Notes under the pieces: model-generated
Database searches by the model: none
What the model saw: the letters and a program-made list of their open reading frames with translations, nothing else
What the model was told of the DNA's origin: nothing
Position numbers and translations under genes: made by a program
Shown here: positions 8,518 through 17,721 of the stretch, in pieces
How the letters are laid out: every line of letters starts with the position of its first letter
Numbering within the stretch: position 1 is the stretch's first letter
Source of the DNA: a phage
DNA length: 64,000 nucleotides
Sequence record: NC_135731.1
Strand: one strand, 5' to 3'

Positions 8518-10474
8518 TCAGCTCACGGTATTCAATCATAGCAGGAGTGTCCCAATATTTCAAGCCTACATGCTTCAAAAGTGGATATTTCTTTTCCAAT
8601 CTTGCAATATAGGCCTTCCCGCACTTGACTCGGTTGGCGATTAAGATTTTGGCACGATGATTTAGCTCACTGTGCTTCCACGCGGTGTTGCCTTCCCACT
8701 TGTGGAAATGTGGCCGATAATTTCCAAAATCTTGCATGGGGATAATTTTCCCTAATTGTTTATACAGGCTGTCATATGAAGTTTCATTTGCTGCGCGAGT
8801 CAGTAAGAATTTCCAAGCGTCCTCTTTCAACAAATGTTCCACATTCTTCTCTGTAACATACTGGCAATCAGGATCAGTCCAAAGCAGACGGGATTCCGAT
8901 ACCAGGTACAGATCTTCCCCTTCAGGAATCTGGAGTGCCGCACGCACGCGGTCATAATCTTGCTGGTAGATGTTACTCAGCTGCCCCAGCCAACAACTTC
9001 CACGTTGGATATCACCCTCATAAGGAATGCAGTGCTTAATCTTCTTGAACTCTGCCTTAGTAATACGTTCACGACGGAAGTAACCATCCTTCTCAAGTTT
9101 TTTAACCCAATAACCTGGCTCATAATGAGTTTTGGTTTCACCTTTCTTCGCAGGTCGGCGTGGAAGCTCAGATAACAATTTGACCGTATCTGCAAAGAAC
9201 GGATGGTGTGCCACCTCTTTAAACTCTTTCACCAGATCCGTGTCCCGGCAATAGAAAACGTTGCGTCCGGTGATCTCGCTTAAGTAGTTACACTTATTTC
9301 GGTTATATTTGCCGTCTCCGTCGTTAAATACAAGGTATACACCTCGTAAGAACTCCGACTTTCCGTAACGAGCATAACCTATGCGGCCTTTATTTAAGCC
9401 GCCAGCGAAAATTTCACAATCGCCTAAGTCGCCAAGCCCTGTTTCTTCCCAACGGTTCCACATAAAGTTTTTGCCGAAGATGTGTCCGAACACTCCACTA
9501 TTCTTCATCATTTCACGTGCTTCTGCGGAGGTTTTTGCCGTCTCCAGTTCTGCAACAACTTCTGCCCCACGAAGACGTATACCTTCTTTGACAAAGGCCT
9601 CCAGGCGATCCTGGAATCCACCGTCGTCATGGCCCTCTATAGTCCATTCACGTCCTGGGTTAATATTGCAATCTCCGATAGGAATTTCCACGCAGATTGC
9701 AGGGTAATCGGTCAATGTCTCCAGGAACTTAGAGCGGTAAGGTTGGTGACCCATCACAACACGGCTCTCGTCTGAGCTGGTATAGCCCTTCAGAATGGTC
9801 ATCTTCCAACCATCCTTCTCGTAATGATACTGTGCCTCAACCTTGTCACCTTCTAACATCTTACTGGTCATGGGATCGGTGACGGTGAACGGAAACTTCG
9901 CATAGCGTAAGCACGATGCAATAGCAGTGCGATATTTCAGTACATGCTCTTTCTTAACATGGAACTGAACTTTTACCCCGTTGTGCTCTTCAGTCTTCCG
10001 CTCGCGGATCTTGGTAACGTTTGGGATACCCTGATCCAAGAACAATAGATATGTGCTTTCAACACCATTATGCACACTGATCACATCGAAAGTGTCCACC
10101 ATGCTGAACGGAGCCTTTGAACCAACACCTTTATTACCTACCAGAGCGTTGCTGTTGCGCTTGGTTGACTCCCCGAGGTTCATAAAAGTGTTGCGGACCA
10201 TCTCTTCTGACATACCCAATCCAACGTCCTGTACAAAGAAGTATGGTTCAAGGTCTGTAGGAGAGTGAATAATGATCGGTACATCCCCCCGTCCAGACTC
10301 AACATGGGAGTCCACGGCATTGAAGATTGGTTCACGGCAGCTTGCCAGCACCTTATCTTCGTAAATCCCTTTAATAATTAGCCCAAAAGTCTCTTTGTTC
10401 AGAGAAATTGAGCCCCTGGTGACCTCCATATTCCCGGTTAGTACCGCTTTAGTTTCATTACTGTTTACGATCAT
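8492..10474 (-). CDS. rIIA: rIIA-like protein with N-terminal GHKL (Bergerat-fold) ATPase domain
   Basis: N-box-like EPIFNAVDSH, G1 box QDVGLGMS, G2 box GNKGVGSKAPFS; the same order and spacing as recalled for the T4 rIIA N-terminus. Start ATG overlaps the upstream hydrolase stop (ATGA). Confidence 0.7.
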   Translation of the reverse strand: MIVNSNETKAVLTGNMEVTRGSISLNKETFGLIIKGIYEDKVLASCREPIFNAVDSHVESGRGDVPIIIHSPTDLEPYFFVQDVGLGMSEEMVRNTFMNLGESTKRNSNALVGNKGVGSKAPFSMVDTFDVISVHNGVESTYLLFLDQGIPNVTKIRERKTEEHNGVKVQFHVKKEHVLKYRTAIASCLRYAKFPFTVTDPMTSKMLEGDKVEAQYHYEKDGWKMTILKGYTSSDESRVVMGHQPYRSKFLETLTDYPAICVEIPIGDCNINPGREWTIEGHDDGGFQDRLEAFVKEGIRLRGAEVVAELETAKTSAEAREMMKNSGVFGHIFGKNFMWNRWEETGLGDLGDCEIFAGGLNKGRIGYARYGKSEFLRGVYLVFNDGDGKYNRNKCNYLSEITGRNVFYCRDTDLVKEFKEVAHHPFFADTVKLLSELPRRPAKKGETKTHYEPGYWVKKLEKDGYFRRERITKAEFKKIKHCIPYEGDIQRGSCWLGQLSNIYQQDYDRVRAALQIPEGEDLYLVSESRLLWTDPDCQYVTEKNVEHLLKEDAWKFLLTRAANETSYDSLYKQLGKIIPMQDFGNYRPHFHKWEGNTAWKHSELNHRAKILIANRVKCGKAYIARLEKKYPLLKHVGLKYWDTPAMIEYRELIDTKNNTK

Positions 10475-10971
10475 TTATTGCGCTCCTTGTAGTAGATATG
10501 GCTCCCGAATTGAGCTGTCCTCTGCATCTTTTTTGCCCATTTCGGTCGTACTTTGGTTGTATGGTAGTGTGTTGCTCCACCTGTTATATCCATAGCCATG
10601 TATGCAACATGGTTGTTATTATAGACCTTTAGAAGCATCTTTGCAAGACTTTTAGCGTGATCCCATGAATCTTTTTCTGTCACCTTAAAAGTTTTGCCGT
10701 GGTTTGTCCACGAAAACTGGTTAGGTTGGTAGACAATCTTTCTTATAGTGTCTGGGTATTTGGGGTGAGATTTCCTGTTTAGGGTGGCAAACCCAGATGC
10801 CAGCATACCCATCGTGCCATCACCTCTAGCTTCCCTGTAGATATTGCATGCTAGAATGTTTTCCTTAGTATCTGATGGCTTGCAAGTATGGTATACTTTT
10901 TGTTTTGGTGCTGCAACAACAGGCAGCGATAAAAATGCGCTCAAAATAATAGCAAAGATCTTAATTTTCAC
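10471..10971 (-). CDS. secreted cell-wall hydrolase, SleB / Hydrolase_2-like
   Basis: N-terminal signal-peptide-like segment MKIKIFAIILSAFLSLPVVAAP, then NIYREARGDGTMGM matching the SleB-family IYxEARGE signature. GTG start with GGAG RBS; terminator hairpin immediately upstream. Confidence 0.7.
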   Translation of the reverse strand: MKIKIFAIILSAFLSLPVVAAPKQKVYHTCKPSDTKENILACNIYREARGDGTMGMLASGFATLNRKSHPKYPDTIRKIVYQPNQFSWTNHGKTFKVTEKDSWDHAKSLAKMLLKVYNNNHVAYMAMDITGGATHYHTTKVRPKWAKKMQRTAQFGSHIYYKERNK

Positions 10972-10980
10972 AATAACTCC

Positions 10981-11007
10981 AAATAGAAAATCCCCGCCGA
11001 AGCGGGG
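10981..11007 (-). terminator. rho-independent terminator between the 126-aa gene and the hydrolase gene
   Basis: CCCCGC-CGAA-GCGGGG hairpin followed on the minus strand by TTTTCTATTT; the hydrolase RBS follows immediately. Confidence 0.65.
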
Positions 11008-11019
11008 TGGTCTTAGAAA

Positions 11020-11400
11020 TTAATCGTAGTGTGCCAAAATCTCTCCATCGTTGCAAGTTCCCTCTACAAAGTTATGAAGATTCATACACTCATCTTGATA
11101 GAAGAATTTACCGCTTTTCAGCCGTAAGCCAAATAACTCAGCATCTCCACGATGGCAAGCCTCTACAAGTTCATAGATTTCATACGGCAACTCTCCGTCG
11201 TCATGGAAGAACCCAGCCTTATCGTTGACATAGATGAAGAAATAATCACTGCTATCGCAAGCGTCCAATATTTTAAACCAGATTTCATCTACATCTTTTT
11301 CTCGGATATCGATCACGCAAGTAGAGCTGCATTCGTACTCCTTCTCCGGCTCCTCGGTCAATACCACCAGGTAGTTTCCCCGCTTACCTACTTTAGCCAT
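11020..11400 (-). CDS. hypothetical protein (126 aa)
   Basis: Co-directional ORF between the AAA+ ATPase gene and a terminator; no recognisable motif. Confidence 0.6.
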   Translation of the reverse strand: MAKVGKRGNYLVVLTEEPEKEYECSSTCVIDIREKDVDEIWFKILDACDSSDYFFIYVNDKAGFFHDDGELPYEIYELVEACHRGDAELFGLRLKSGKFFYQDECMNLHNFVEGTCNDGEILAHYD

Positions 11401-11409
11401 ACAACCTCC

Positions 11410-12594
11410 TTAAGCTTTAGCCAAAATGGCGCTAAACTCTTCACCAAACTCTTTTACAATCTTCATCAGGTTTGGGTATGCTTTGATCAGCTGAGCAACG
11501 ATCTTGTCACGACCTTTACCGATAAGCAAGGCATTTCCTAAGGCATTAGGTTTCATCATCGCCATAAAGACTGAGAATACAAAATCTCGGTTCTCGTCCT
11601 TGAAGTTTTCCCAAAGGAAATCGAGGAAGTTTGCCACACAGCTAACAAGATCTTCGTCGGAGATACTTGCATTTTCCATCATATTACGAATAGCGATACA
11701 ACCTTCAGATCCAAGAATCCACAAGATGTCCGGCTGTTTAGGACCTACGTATTCTTTGCAACCTCCTGCCATAATCCGACCGATTTCCGGTAAGTTGCGT
11801 TTCTTGGTGTGGTAAGTCCAGATCTCTACCGCTGCAGTGTGACCAATAGCACCTTGCAGAAGAACACGGGCCATAGCGTCAGAAATAATACCGCTGTCAA
11901 AATCGTGCAAGATATCAGATGCAGCAACCCAAGATCGTGGTGTGGCAAAAGATGGACAATTAATCTCAGCCATGGCCTCATAATTATCGATAGCTGATGG
12001 AACTCTTTTCAGATATCCAATTACAGAGGAGTGCACCCCATTAAGGAATGCGTAGTCCTCAATAAACACCTCTGCATTGCTTGTAACTTCTACAATGATA
12101 AAACGGTTAGCCAGAGGGGCTTCGAGCGCCGAAAGAACCGCACCATCTGTAGAACGGTTACCAGCAGCCACAAAAACAGAACCCTTAGGGAATGCATAGG
12201 TACCGCACTTGTGGTCGAGCATAATTTGCATTGCCACCTTTTGCAGGTAGTTATCTGCATGAGTGAGCTCATCCAGAAAGATAATTCCGCTCCAGTCAGG
12301 ATCCGCAGGCCAAAATTCTGGAATTGCAAATACTGTACGTGTAGTTCCATCCGCTTCTACAGGGATAGGTAGCCCAGATAAGTCGGCAGGATCTTTATCT
12401 GACAGTCGCACGTCAACCAAGTTGTCATCTCGCTCACCGAACATATTATCGGCAATCTGCTTCATCACCTGGCTCTTTCCCACGCCCATCGGTCCTAAAA
12501 TCAGGACAGATCGGTTATGACGCTGGGCAAACTGAATGATAGCTGGCAACTCACGGACAGTGATTTGACCACTTTCAAATACGTTTCTTGACAT
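11410..12594 (-). CDS. MoxR-class AAA+ ATPase (CobS-like)
   Basis: Walker A ILGPMGVGKS, Walker B IIFLDELTHA, sensor-like VAAGN; single AAA module of about 390 aa as in MoxR/CbbQ/CobS proteins. Confidence 0.75.
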   Translation of the reverse strand: MSRNVFESGQITVRELPAIIQFAQRHNRSVLILGPMGVGKSQVMKQIADNMFGERDDNLVDVRLSDKDPADLSGLPIPVEADGTTRTVFAIPEFWPADPDWSGIIFLDELTHADNYLQKVAMQIMLDHKCGTYAFPKGSVFVAAGNRSTDGAVLSALEAPLANRFIIVEVTSNAEVFIEDYAFLNGVHSSVIGYLKRVPSAIDNYEAMAEINCPSFATPRSWVAASDILHDFDSGIISDAMARVLLQGAIGHTAAVEIWTYHTKKRNLPEIGRIMAGGCKEYVGPKQPDILWILGSEGCIAIRNMMENASISDEDLVSCVANFLDFLWENFKDENRDFVFSVFMAMMKPNALGNALLIGKGRDKIVAQLIKAYPNLMKIVKEFGEEFSAILAKA

Positions 12595-12863
12595 TAGTAA
12601 AAGTCCTCTACTTGTGTGTAAGTGTTTTCAAAGTTTTCCAAAACAGATATCACATCGGATCTGTCAATATCATACGTTACTCTCCAGTTGTACGCAACCC
12701 TTTCTGCTGTTGCCTCTTCTGGCGCTAGTCGTCTGCTGGCATAAAAGAGTGTTGGAGTGCACTTTCTTGCTTGCCCTCTAACTTTCCCATAATAATATCT
12801 GTGAATATCTTTGTCAAAATTTAACTCTTTTTCTGCACGAAGTTCATATTGCTGGTATAACAT
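12594..12863 (-). CDS. hypothetical protein (89 aa)
   Basis: Co-directional ORF abutting the AAA+ ATPase start. Confidence 0.55.
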   Translation of the reverse strand: MLYQQYELRAEKELNFDKDIHRYYYGKVRGQARKCTPTLFYASRRLAPEEATAERVAYNWRVTYDIDRSDVISVLENFENTYTQVEDFY

Positions 12864-12907
12864 CTCTACTACTCCTTAAGCAGCATCCTTGCCGCCATTC
12901 CTGCCCA

Positions 12908-13288
12908 CTAAAATGCAGTCCGAATCCAGACAAGGTTCTTATCTGCCCAATCGTAGAGGCAAGTCATTGCGCTATTAAATTGCTCGCACGGAGGATAATC
13001 TTCTTCCATCTGGCGCATAGCAGAGCCTTGTGGGTAAAGCTCCCGTGCTGCAAACCACGCATCGTAGTCATCCACGGTATCGAAGTAGTATACAACATCC
13101 TCCAACTCAGGATCGAACTTTGAATCATCAGGATCCAGTTGTTCAGGGAACTTGGAGCGTAACTTGCCAGCCACAATGCTTGCCAACTCGCTAACATGCT
13201 TATTGTCCCACTCCACTAGTTTCCCGTCTTCAGTGATGCGTCCTAACCACTGATCATGCAGGTCAATTGTTGTCTTCCACCGGGCCAT
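12908..13288 (-). CDS. hypothetical protein (126 aa)
   Basis: Co-directional ORF; no motif recognised. Confidence 0.6.
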   Translation of the reverse strand: MARWKTTIDLHDQWLGRITEDGKLVEWDNKHVSELASIVAGKLRSKFPEQLDPDDSKFDPELEDVVYYFDTVDDYDAWFAARELYPQGSAMRQMEEDYPPCEQFNSAMTCLYDWADKNLVWIRTAF

Positions 13289-13290
13289 TA

Positions 13291-13548
13291 TCAGTCCACC
13301 TCTTCTTCTCGTTGTAGTTCAAGATACCCGTAGGTCTGGACATCTTGAAGGGTGTGGAACTCCCCATCTGCCGCTAAGGCACGAACAACTTGGCACAAAA
13401 CCTTATGAGGAACTTCATCCAGACCCAGATTCAGTGCAGGAAACACCTTATCTAAGTCAACAAAATAAACAAATTGTAGCTCACCAGCTTCAAAAGGTGT
13501 ATCTTCAATAAACATCTTCTCGGCATTAGTCAAGATCTGCACTTTCAT
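13291..13548 (-). CDS. hypothetical acidic protein (85 aa)
   Basis: Co-directional ORF; acidic C-terminus (LQREEEVD). Confidence 0.55.
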   Translation of the reverse strand: MKVQILTNAEKMFIEDTPFEAGELQFVYFVDLDKVFPALNLGLDEVPHKVLCQVVRALAADGEFHTLQDVQTYGYLELQREEEVD

Positions 13549-13925
13549 TATTCTACCTCCTCTTCTTTTTCTTCGGTATTAGTTTCAGTGCTACCCCACT
13601 CTGGAGTTTCCACCTCGATAGTAAACTCACGTACTACACGGTAATTACCCATGAAGCGCTCCACTTCGTCAAGGCTTACGGAGAAGCCATTGGCAACCAG
13701 GTCTGCAGCACCCTCTTCTACCAGGTAGTCCAGATTGGCTTCCAAAGCTTCAGGCTCAAACCCTGTTAATGCAATCAGATAACCTTCCCCTTCATCAGGG
13801 AGGACAATACATCCCAACTGATTTTCTTTGAAAAGGCAGTGACCATCATTATTGATTGGGTGTTCATTGCAGTAAATAGCTGCACGATAAGTAACTTTAG
13901 ACATCGGTAAGGTCTCCTTAGGCAA
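13548..13925 (-). CDS. hypothetical acidic protein (125 aa)
   Basis: Co-directional ORF with glutamate-rich tail (TEEKEEEVE). Confidence 0.55.
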   Translation of the reverse strand: MPKETLPMSKVTYRAAIYCNEHPINNDGHCLFKENQLGCIVLPDEGEGYLIALTGFEPEALEANLDYLVEEGAADLVANGFSVSLDEVERFMGNYRVVREFTIEVETPEWGSTETNTEEKEEEVE

Positions 13926-14196
13926 TTGTCATTTTACATTCTTGAAATTTTAACACAAGACGGTGATTGTGTCTAGTGTCTAAAAAGATTTTTTCAACCA
14001 TCAGGCACACGGTATAACCGTCCATCTTGTTGACAACAAAATCTCCAGGATGAGGGAGAATGTCTCCCGGATTGGGAAAACATAACCCGCTCAGAAAGGC
14101 ATCATCGGTGGTGGACTTAATGGATTTCCACACACTATCTGCCTGAACATTCTCACCAACATAATATACACTACCACATGACTTCATCATAGTCAA
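13918..14196 (-). CDS. hypothetical protein (92 aa)
   Basis: Co-directional ORF with overlapping stop/start junctions. Confidence 0.5.
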   Translation of the reverse strand: MTMMKSCGSVYYVGENVQADSVWKSIKSTTDDAFLSGLCFPNPGDILPHPGDFVVNKMDGYTVCLMVEKIFLDTRHNHRLVLKFQECKMTIA

Positions 14197-15092
14197 ATCT
14201 CCGCGTAAATTAAACTGGAATCAGTATACTTCTTTAGTGGGTAAATATCCTGTCCATAGATGCAATCATTAAACACCTCATCTACCCAAAGGCTACACTT
14301 ATATCCCATCATTTCTAAAACATCCATCTCTTCTTCGGTAAACTTATCACCGCTCTTGCAAGATGTCAATACCTCATTCTGAACTCTTGCTACCTCGAAG
14401 CGGTTATTGGCAATATCGCTATTGGCGATCAAATACTCACCTAGAGGGTGTGCGGCATTAAAGATGCACAGTGGACGGTTGACGTAATAGTCTCCGGGTG
14501 TATAAAAATTGTTGAGGTCTTTCACTAGAACATTCTTATCAGTCACTTCATTTATAACATCATGCATATCGCACATCTTTATATGTTTGAGGATTCCATC
14601 CCCCATCACAAAATAAAAACTTGCTGAGACACTTTCGGCATAGATCTTACTAGATCCGTTGTAGTTGTATTTTACGCGAATGCTCACTGGGGTTTTTCCT
14701 GTCGCGTTAGCCATCATCCAAAGGAACGGAAGTTCAAACTTCTCTTCTGAGGAAACAAAAGGTGAAGTTGCCAGAGATCTGAAACCTCCAGAAAAGTTGA
14801 AAGTCACAGAACCGCTTCGGCGGTATGATACCGCGTATTCTACTTTTATATCGACATACCCATTGGAATAGGTGTGTCCTTCATTATCTAAATATGTCCA
14901 CTTATCAGACCCAGATACCAATCTACGCTCAATAACCTTCATCACTACAGGAATTAGTGGGTTGGTACAAACCGCTTTTGAAGTAGCTTTATCATCTAAA
15001 GCCTCGTAAATTGCAGAAAGGATGTCCCCAGCTGAAAGATTGGTTGTTATGTCCTGTTTCCACCGCGTACTAAAACTGTTAAGATTTGCCAT
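14193..15092 (-). CDS. hypothetical protein (299 aa), first gene of the leftward early operon
   Basis: Long ORF starting next to the divergent intergenic region 15093-15168; no motif recognised. Confidence 0.65.
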   Translation of the reverse strand: MANLNSFSTRWKQDITTNLSAGDILSAIYEALDDKATSKAVCTNPLIPVVMKVIERRLVSGSDKWTYLDNEGHTYSNGYVDIKVEYAVSYRRSGSVTFNFSGGFRSLATSPFVSSEEKFELPFLWMMANATGKTPVSIRVKYNYNGSSKIYAESVSASFYFVMGDGILKHIKMCDMHDVINEVTDKNVLVKDLNNFYTPGDYYVNRPLCIFNAAHPLGEYLIANSDIANNRFEVARVQNEVLTSCKSGDKFTEEEMDVLEMMGYKCSLWVDEVFNDCIYGQDIYPLKKYTDSSLIYAEI

Positions 15093-15174
15093 AAGTAAGT
15101 GCTCCTATGTTAGTTTTCTTTCGAATGGGTGCACTATATTGTGGAGTTAGAGTAAAGTCAACACGTTTTTGATG

Positions 15175-15203
15175 TTGACATCTGTTGAGACACTTGATAC
15201 GAT
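15175..15203 (+). promoter_or_regulatory. sigma70-type promoter (TTGACA-17 nt-TACGAT)
   Basis: Perfect -35 hexamer 15175-15180, 17-nt spacer, -10 TACGAT 15198-15203, at the head of the plus-strand operon; it overlaps the track ATG at 15169, which argues for the downstream start at 15235. Confidence 0.5.
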
Positions 15204-15234
15204 TTCTTCACTTACAGAGCACGAGAGACGACTC

Positions 15235-16212
15235 ATGAATCTTGAAAAATATTATACACCAGAAGAGTTAGAGCGCTTGCTCAAAAAATATAGACGCAAA
15301 CAGAATAACGCACGGAAACGAGATATAGAGTTCGACCTGTCATGGGAAGAATACCTCCTATTTGGTAAAAAACTTTTAGGAGATGGAGTATGCGACTATA
15401 CCCTTATACCTTTTGACATGCACACAGATGAAAACGGGCTGGGGAATCCTTTCTACCCATCTTTGGAGCGTATAGATGATGAAGGTCCTTACGCAATTGA
15501 CAATTGTTGTGTGGTAGGGTTGAGGTGCAATGCTCTGAAAGACTGTCTGGTAGATAAAAAGACTGCAATCCTGATTAAAGACAAAACTGATCGAAAAATT
15601 GTCCAGCAGATGATGCTCCACCTGAGCGAAGAGCGTATGGAGAAATTGAAAGGTGATTATACTTTTGAAGATTTCATCTTGCAATACGGGACAGAAGAAG
15701 ATAAGCTAGCACTATTTGACGAAGAGGAAGAAGATATGTCACCAATGCAGGACTTTAAAAATTTCATGGCTGATCGTGCAGCCAACAAACACATTTCAGA
15801 CATCGTAAACGAGACTGTGACAGAAGAAGTTGAAGAACAGAACTCTGAAGAGGAAAAAGAGCCTCAGGAGGTCGAAGAGGAGATTTCAGAAGAGGTTCCT
15901 GCACTGCCTGATGATGTTGAGATTGCTAAGGCTTACACTTTCTATTGTCAAACGTTCTACGATGCAGGTATGAAAGTTGATCTGTCGTTCAGCCAATTTA
16001 AGAGTTCGTATATTCGCAAATGCTGTGCTTTAACTGGTGAACGTCTTGGAGCTGGACTTAAACCCCTGTTGGTGACCGACTGGAATAAAGGTTTCACTAA
16101 AGGAAACTTTATGGTAGTATCTCCAATTATGGAGAAAGCTATGACAGACCTTATGAAGACCACTCGCATGACAATGACCGAGTTGGCAGGTATTTTCAAA
16201 CACGTTAAATAA
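15235..16212 (+). CDS. hypothetical protein with an internal tandem duplication (track start 15169 is the alternative)
   Basis: N-terminal segment (FDLSWEEY...GVCDYTLIPFD...AIDNCCVV) is echoed near the C-terminus (VDLSFSQF...CCALTGERL...LLVTDWNKG...FMVVS), separated by an acidic linker. Start chosen downstream of the promoter. Confidence 0.55.
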   Translation: MNLEKYYTPEELERLLKKYRRKQNNARKRDIEFDLSWEEYLLFGKKLLGDGVCDYTLIPFDMHTDENGLGNPFYPSLERIDDEGPYAIDNCCVVGLRCNALKDCLVDKKTAILIKDKTDRKIVQQMMLHLSEERMEKLKGDYTFEDFILQYGTEEDKLALFDEEEEDMSPMQDFKNFMADRAANKHISDIVNETVTEEVEEQNSEEEKEPQEVEEEISEEVPALPDDVEIAKAYTFYCQTFYDAGMKVDLSFSQFKSSYIRKCCALTGERLGAGLKPLLVTDWNKGFTKGNFMVVSPIMEKAMTDLMKTTRMTMTELAGIFKHVK

Positions 16213-16216
16213 TGAC

Positions 16217-16233
16217 AGGGGCCAATGGCCCCT
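16217..16233 (+). terminator. intergenic stem-loop (weak terminator or attenuator)
   Basis: AGGGGCC-AAT-GGCCCCT hairpin between the 15235-16212 gene and the next start; the T-tract is interrupted, so probably leaky. Confidence 0.35.
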
Positions 16234-16245
16234 TCTGGAGTTTTA

Positions 16246-17706
16246 ATGGATAGCAGAAGTTCAGAAATCATTGCCTCGCAGAAAGATGATGCCCTGAGAA
16301 TGTTGCAGGCTGCACGTATGTATCTTCTTGAAAAGCTGCCTTTTTATGGCACACTACTGTCAGGGTTGCAGTTCGTAGAAAACCACACATGGTGCTCCAC
16401 CATGGCAACCGACCATAAACGCATCTATTACAGTCCTGAGTTCATTATGGGATTGGCTGATGAACGCAAGGCTATTCTTAAGGCTTCTCTAACTGACGAG
16501 CAGTTTGAGATGGCTGAAGTTTTCTATTCCCCAAAATCTGTGAAAGAGGTGGCCTTCCTTCTGTCACATGAGGTGGGGCATATTATCTGTGATCACCTGG
16601 TCCGTGGTAAAAGCTTTGAGCCGGAACTGTTCAATATTGCTTGTGATCACGTTATCAACACAGGCCTTGTGGTTGACTTTAGCAAACCTCCTTGTGTTTT
16701 CTTCCCGAAGGGGAAAAGCACTATGTTCGTGAAAGGTAAGCCTTTTGGCTTCTTAGCCAGCTGCTACTGCGACATGAAGTTTCATGGATGGATTGCTGAG
16801 AACGTTTATGCAGTTCTTGATAAGCAAAGAGATCAGAATAACGGTAAAAGTAAGAGCGGTAAAGGTGAGAACTCTCAAGGTGATAAGCGACAAACCGATG
16901 ATCACATGAGTGGGAATGGTGGCACCAGTGATAATCTTGGAAAGGCTATGGGGTATGATCAGCCACAACCTGTAATCAGCCAATCTGATAAAGATCAGGC
17001 CATGCAAGACTCTGGTGACATGCTGGAAGCAGCAATGCAAGCTTCCGGAGGTCGTTGCCCTGAGGCGGTGCGTGAGTTTGTCAAGAACAGAGGTAAGCCT
17101 GTAATCAACTATATAGACATCATTAAGCAACGTATGTTGTCTAAACGAAAGGCTGAACTGACTTACAGAAAACCTGGTCGCCGATCTGGGTCTTTGACCA
17201 GCACAATGCGAAAAGTTGGGGCTATAAACAAGAACCAGCACGTTATTGTTCCTGGCCGTAATCCGGAAAACACTATAGATATTGTGGTGGCTTTAGACGT
17301 TTCTGGCTCAATCTCTCAAAGAACTTTAAAGAAAATGTTCAATGAAATCACCGGATTGTGCAATCTGTATAAAGAGTTTAAGGTTACAATGTTCTGTTGG
17401 TCAACTGAGGTTGGAGAGGTTAAAGTATACACTCGCGGCAACATAGACGAGATGATCAACTATGAGGTCCACTCAACATGGGGCACAACAGCTGCTTGCG
17501 TGTTCGAGTATCTGGATGCCAACATACCGAATGCAAAAGATGTCATCGTCCTGACCGATCTATACTTTGAGCATAACTTTGAACAAAAGGCTATTGACAA
17601 CAAGTGGAAAAAGTACGATACTCTATGGGTCCTCACTGATGGGTATAATAAAAATTATATCCCGAGCTTTGGGAAAACTGTGGAATTAATCGAGTACGCT
17701 AAGTAA
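16246..17706 (+). CDS. VWA-domain protein with N-terminal metallopeptidase-like domain (DUF2201 / CobT-like partner of MoxR ATPases)
   Basis: N-terminal TMATDHKRIYYSPEF ... LLSHEVGHIICDH (HExxH-like); C-terminal VWA/MIDAS-like VALDVSGSIS. Track start 16225 lies inside the upstream hairpin; ATG 16246 has a GGAG RBS. Confidence 0.65.
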   Translation: MDSRSSEIIASQKDDALRMLQAARMYLLEKLPFYGTLLSGLQFVENHTWCSTMATDHKRIYYSPEFIMGLADERKAILKASLTDEQFEMAEVFYSPKSVKEVAFLLSHEVGHIICDHLVRGKSFEPELFNIACDHVINTGLVVDFSKPPCVFFPKGKSTMFVKGKPFGFLASCYCDMKFHGWIAENVYAVLDKQRDQNNGKSKSGKGENSQGDKRQTDDHMSGNGGTSDNLGKAMGYDQPQPVISQSDKDQAMQDSGDMLEAAMQASGGRCPEAVREFVKNRGKPVINYIDIIKQRMLSKRKAELTYRKPGRRSGSLTSTMRKVGAINKNQHVIVPGRNPENTIDIVVALDVSGSISQRTLKKMFNEITGLCNLYKEFKVTMFCWSTEVGEVKVYTRGNIDEMINYEVHSTWGTTAACVFEYLDANIPNAKDVIVLTDLYFEHNFEQKAIDNKWKKYDTLWVLTDGYNKNYIPSFGKTVELIEYAK

Positions 17707-17721
17707 GAGAGGAGGTTATTT

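Noticed and set aside
12090-12350. 86-aa minus-strand ORF in another frame inside the AAA+ ATPase gene
   Set aside because: Fully nested in an alternative frame of a gene with clear Walker motifs; no independent support.
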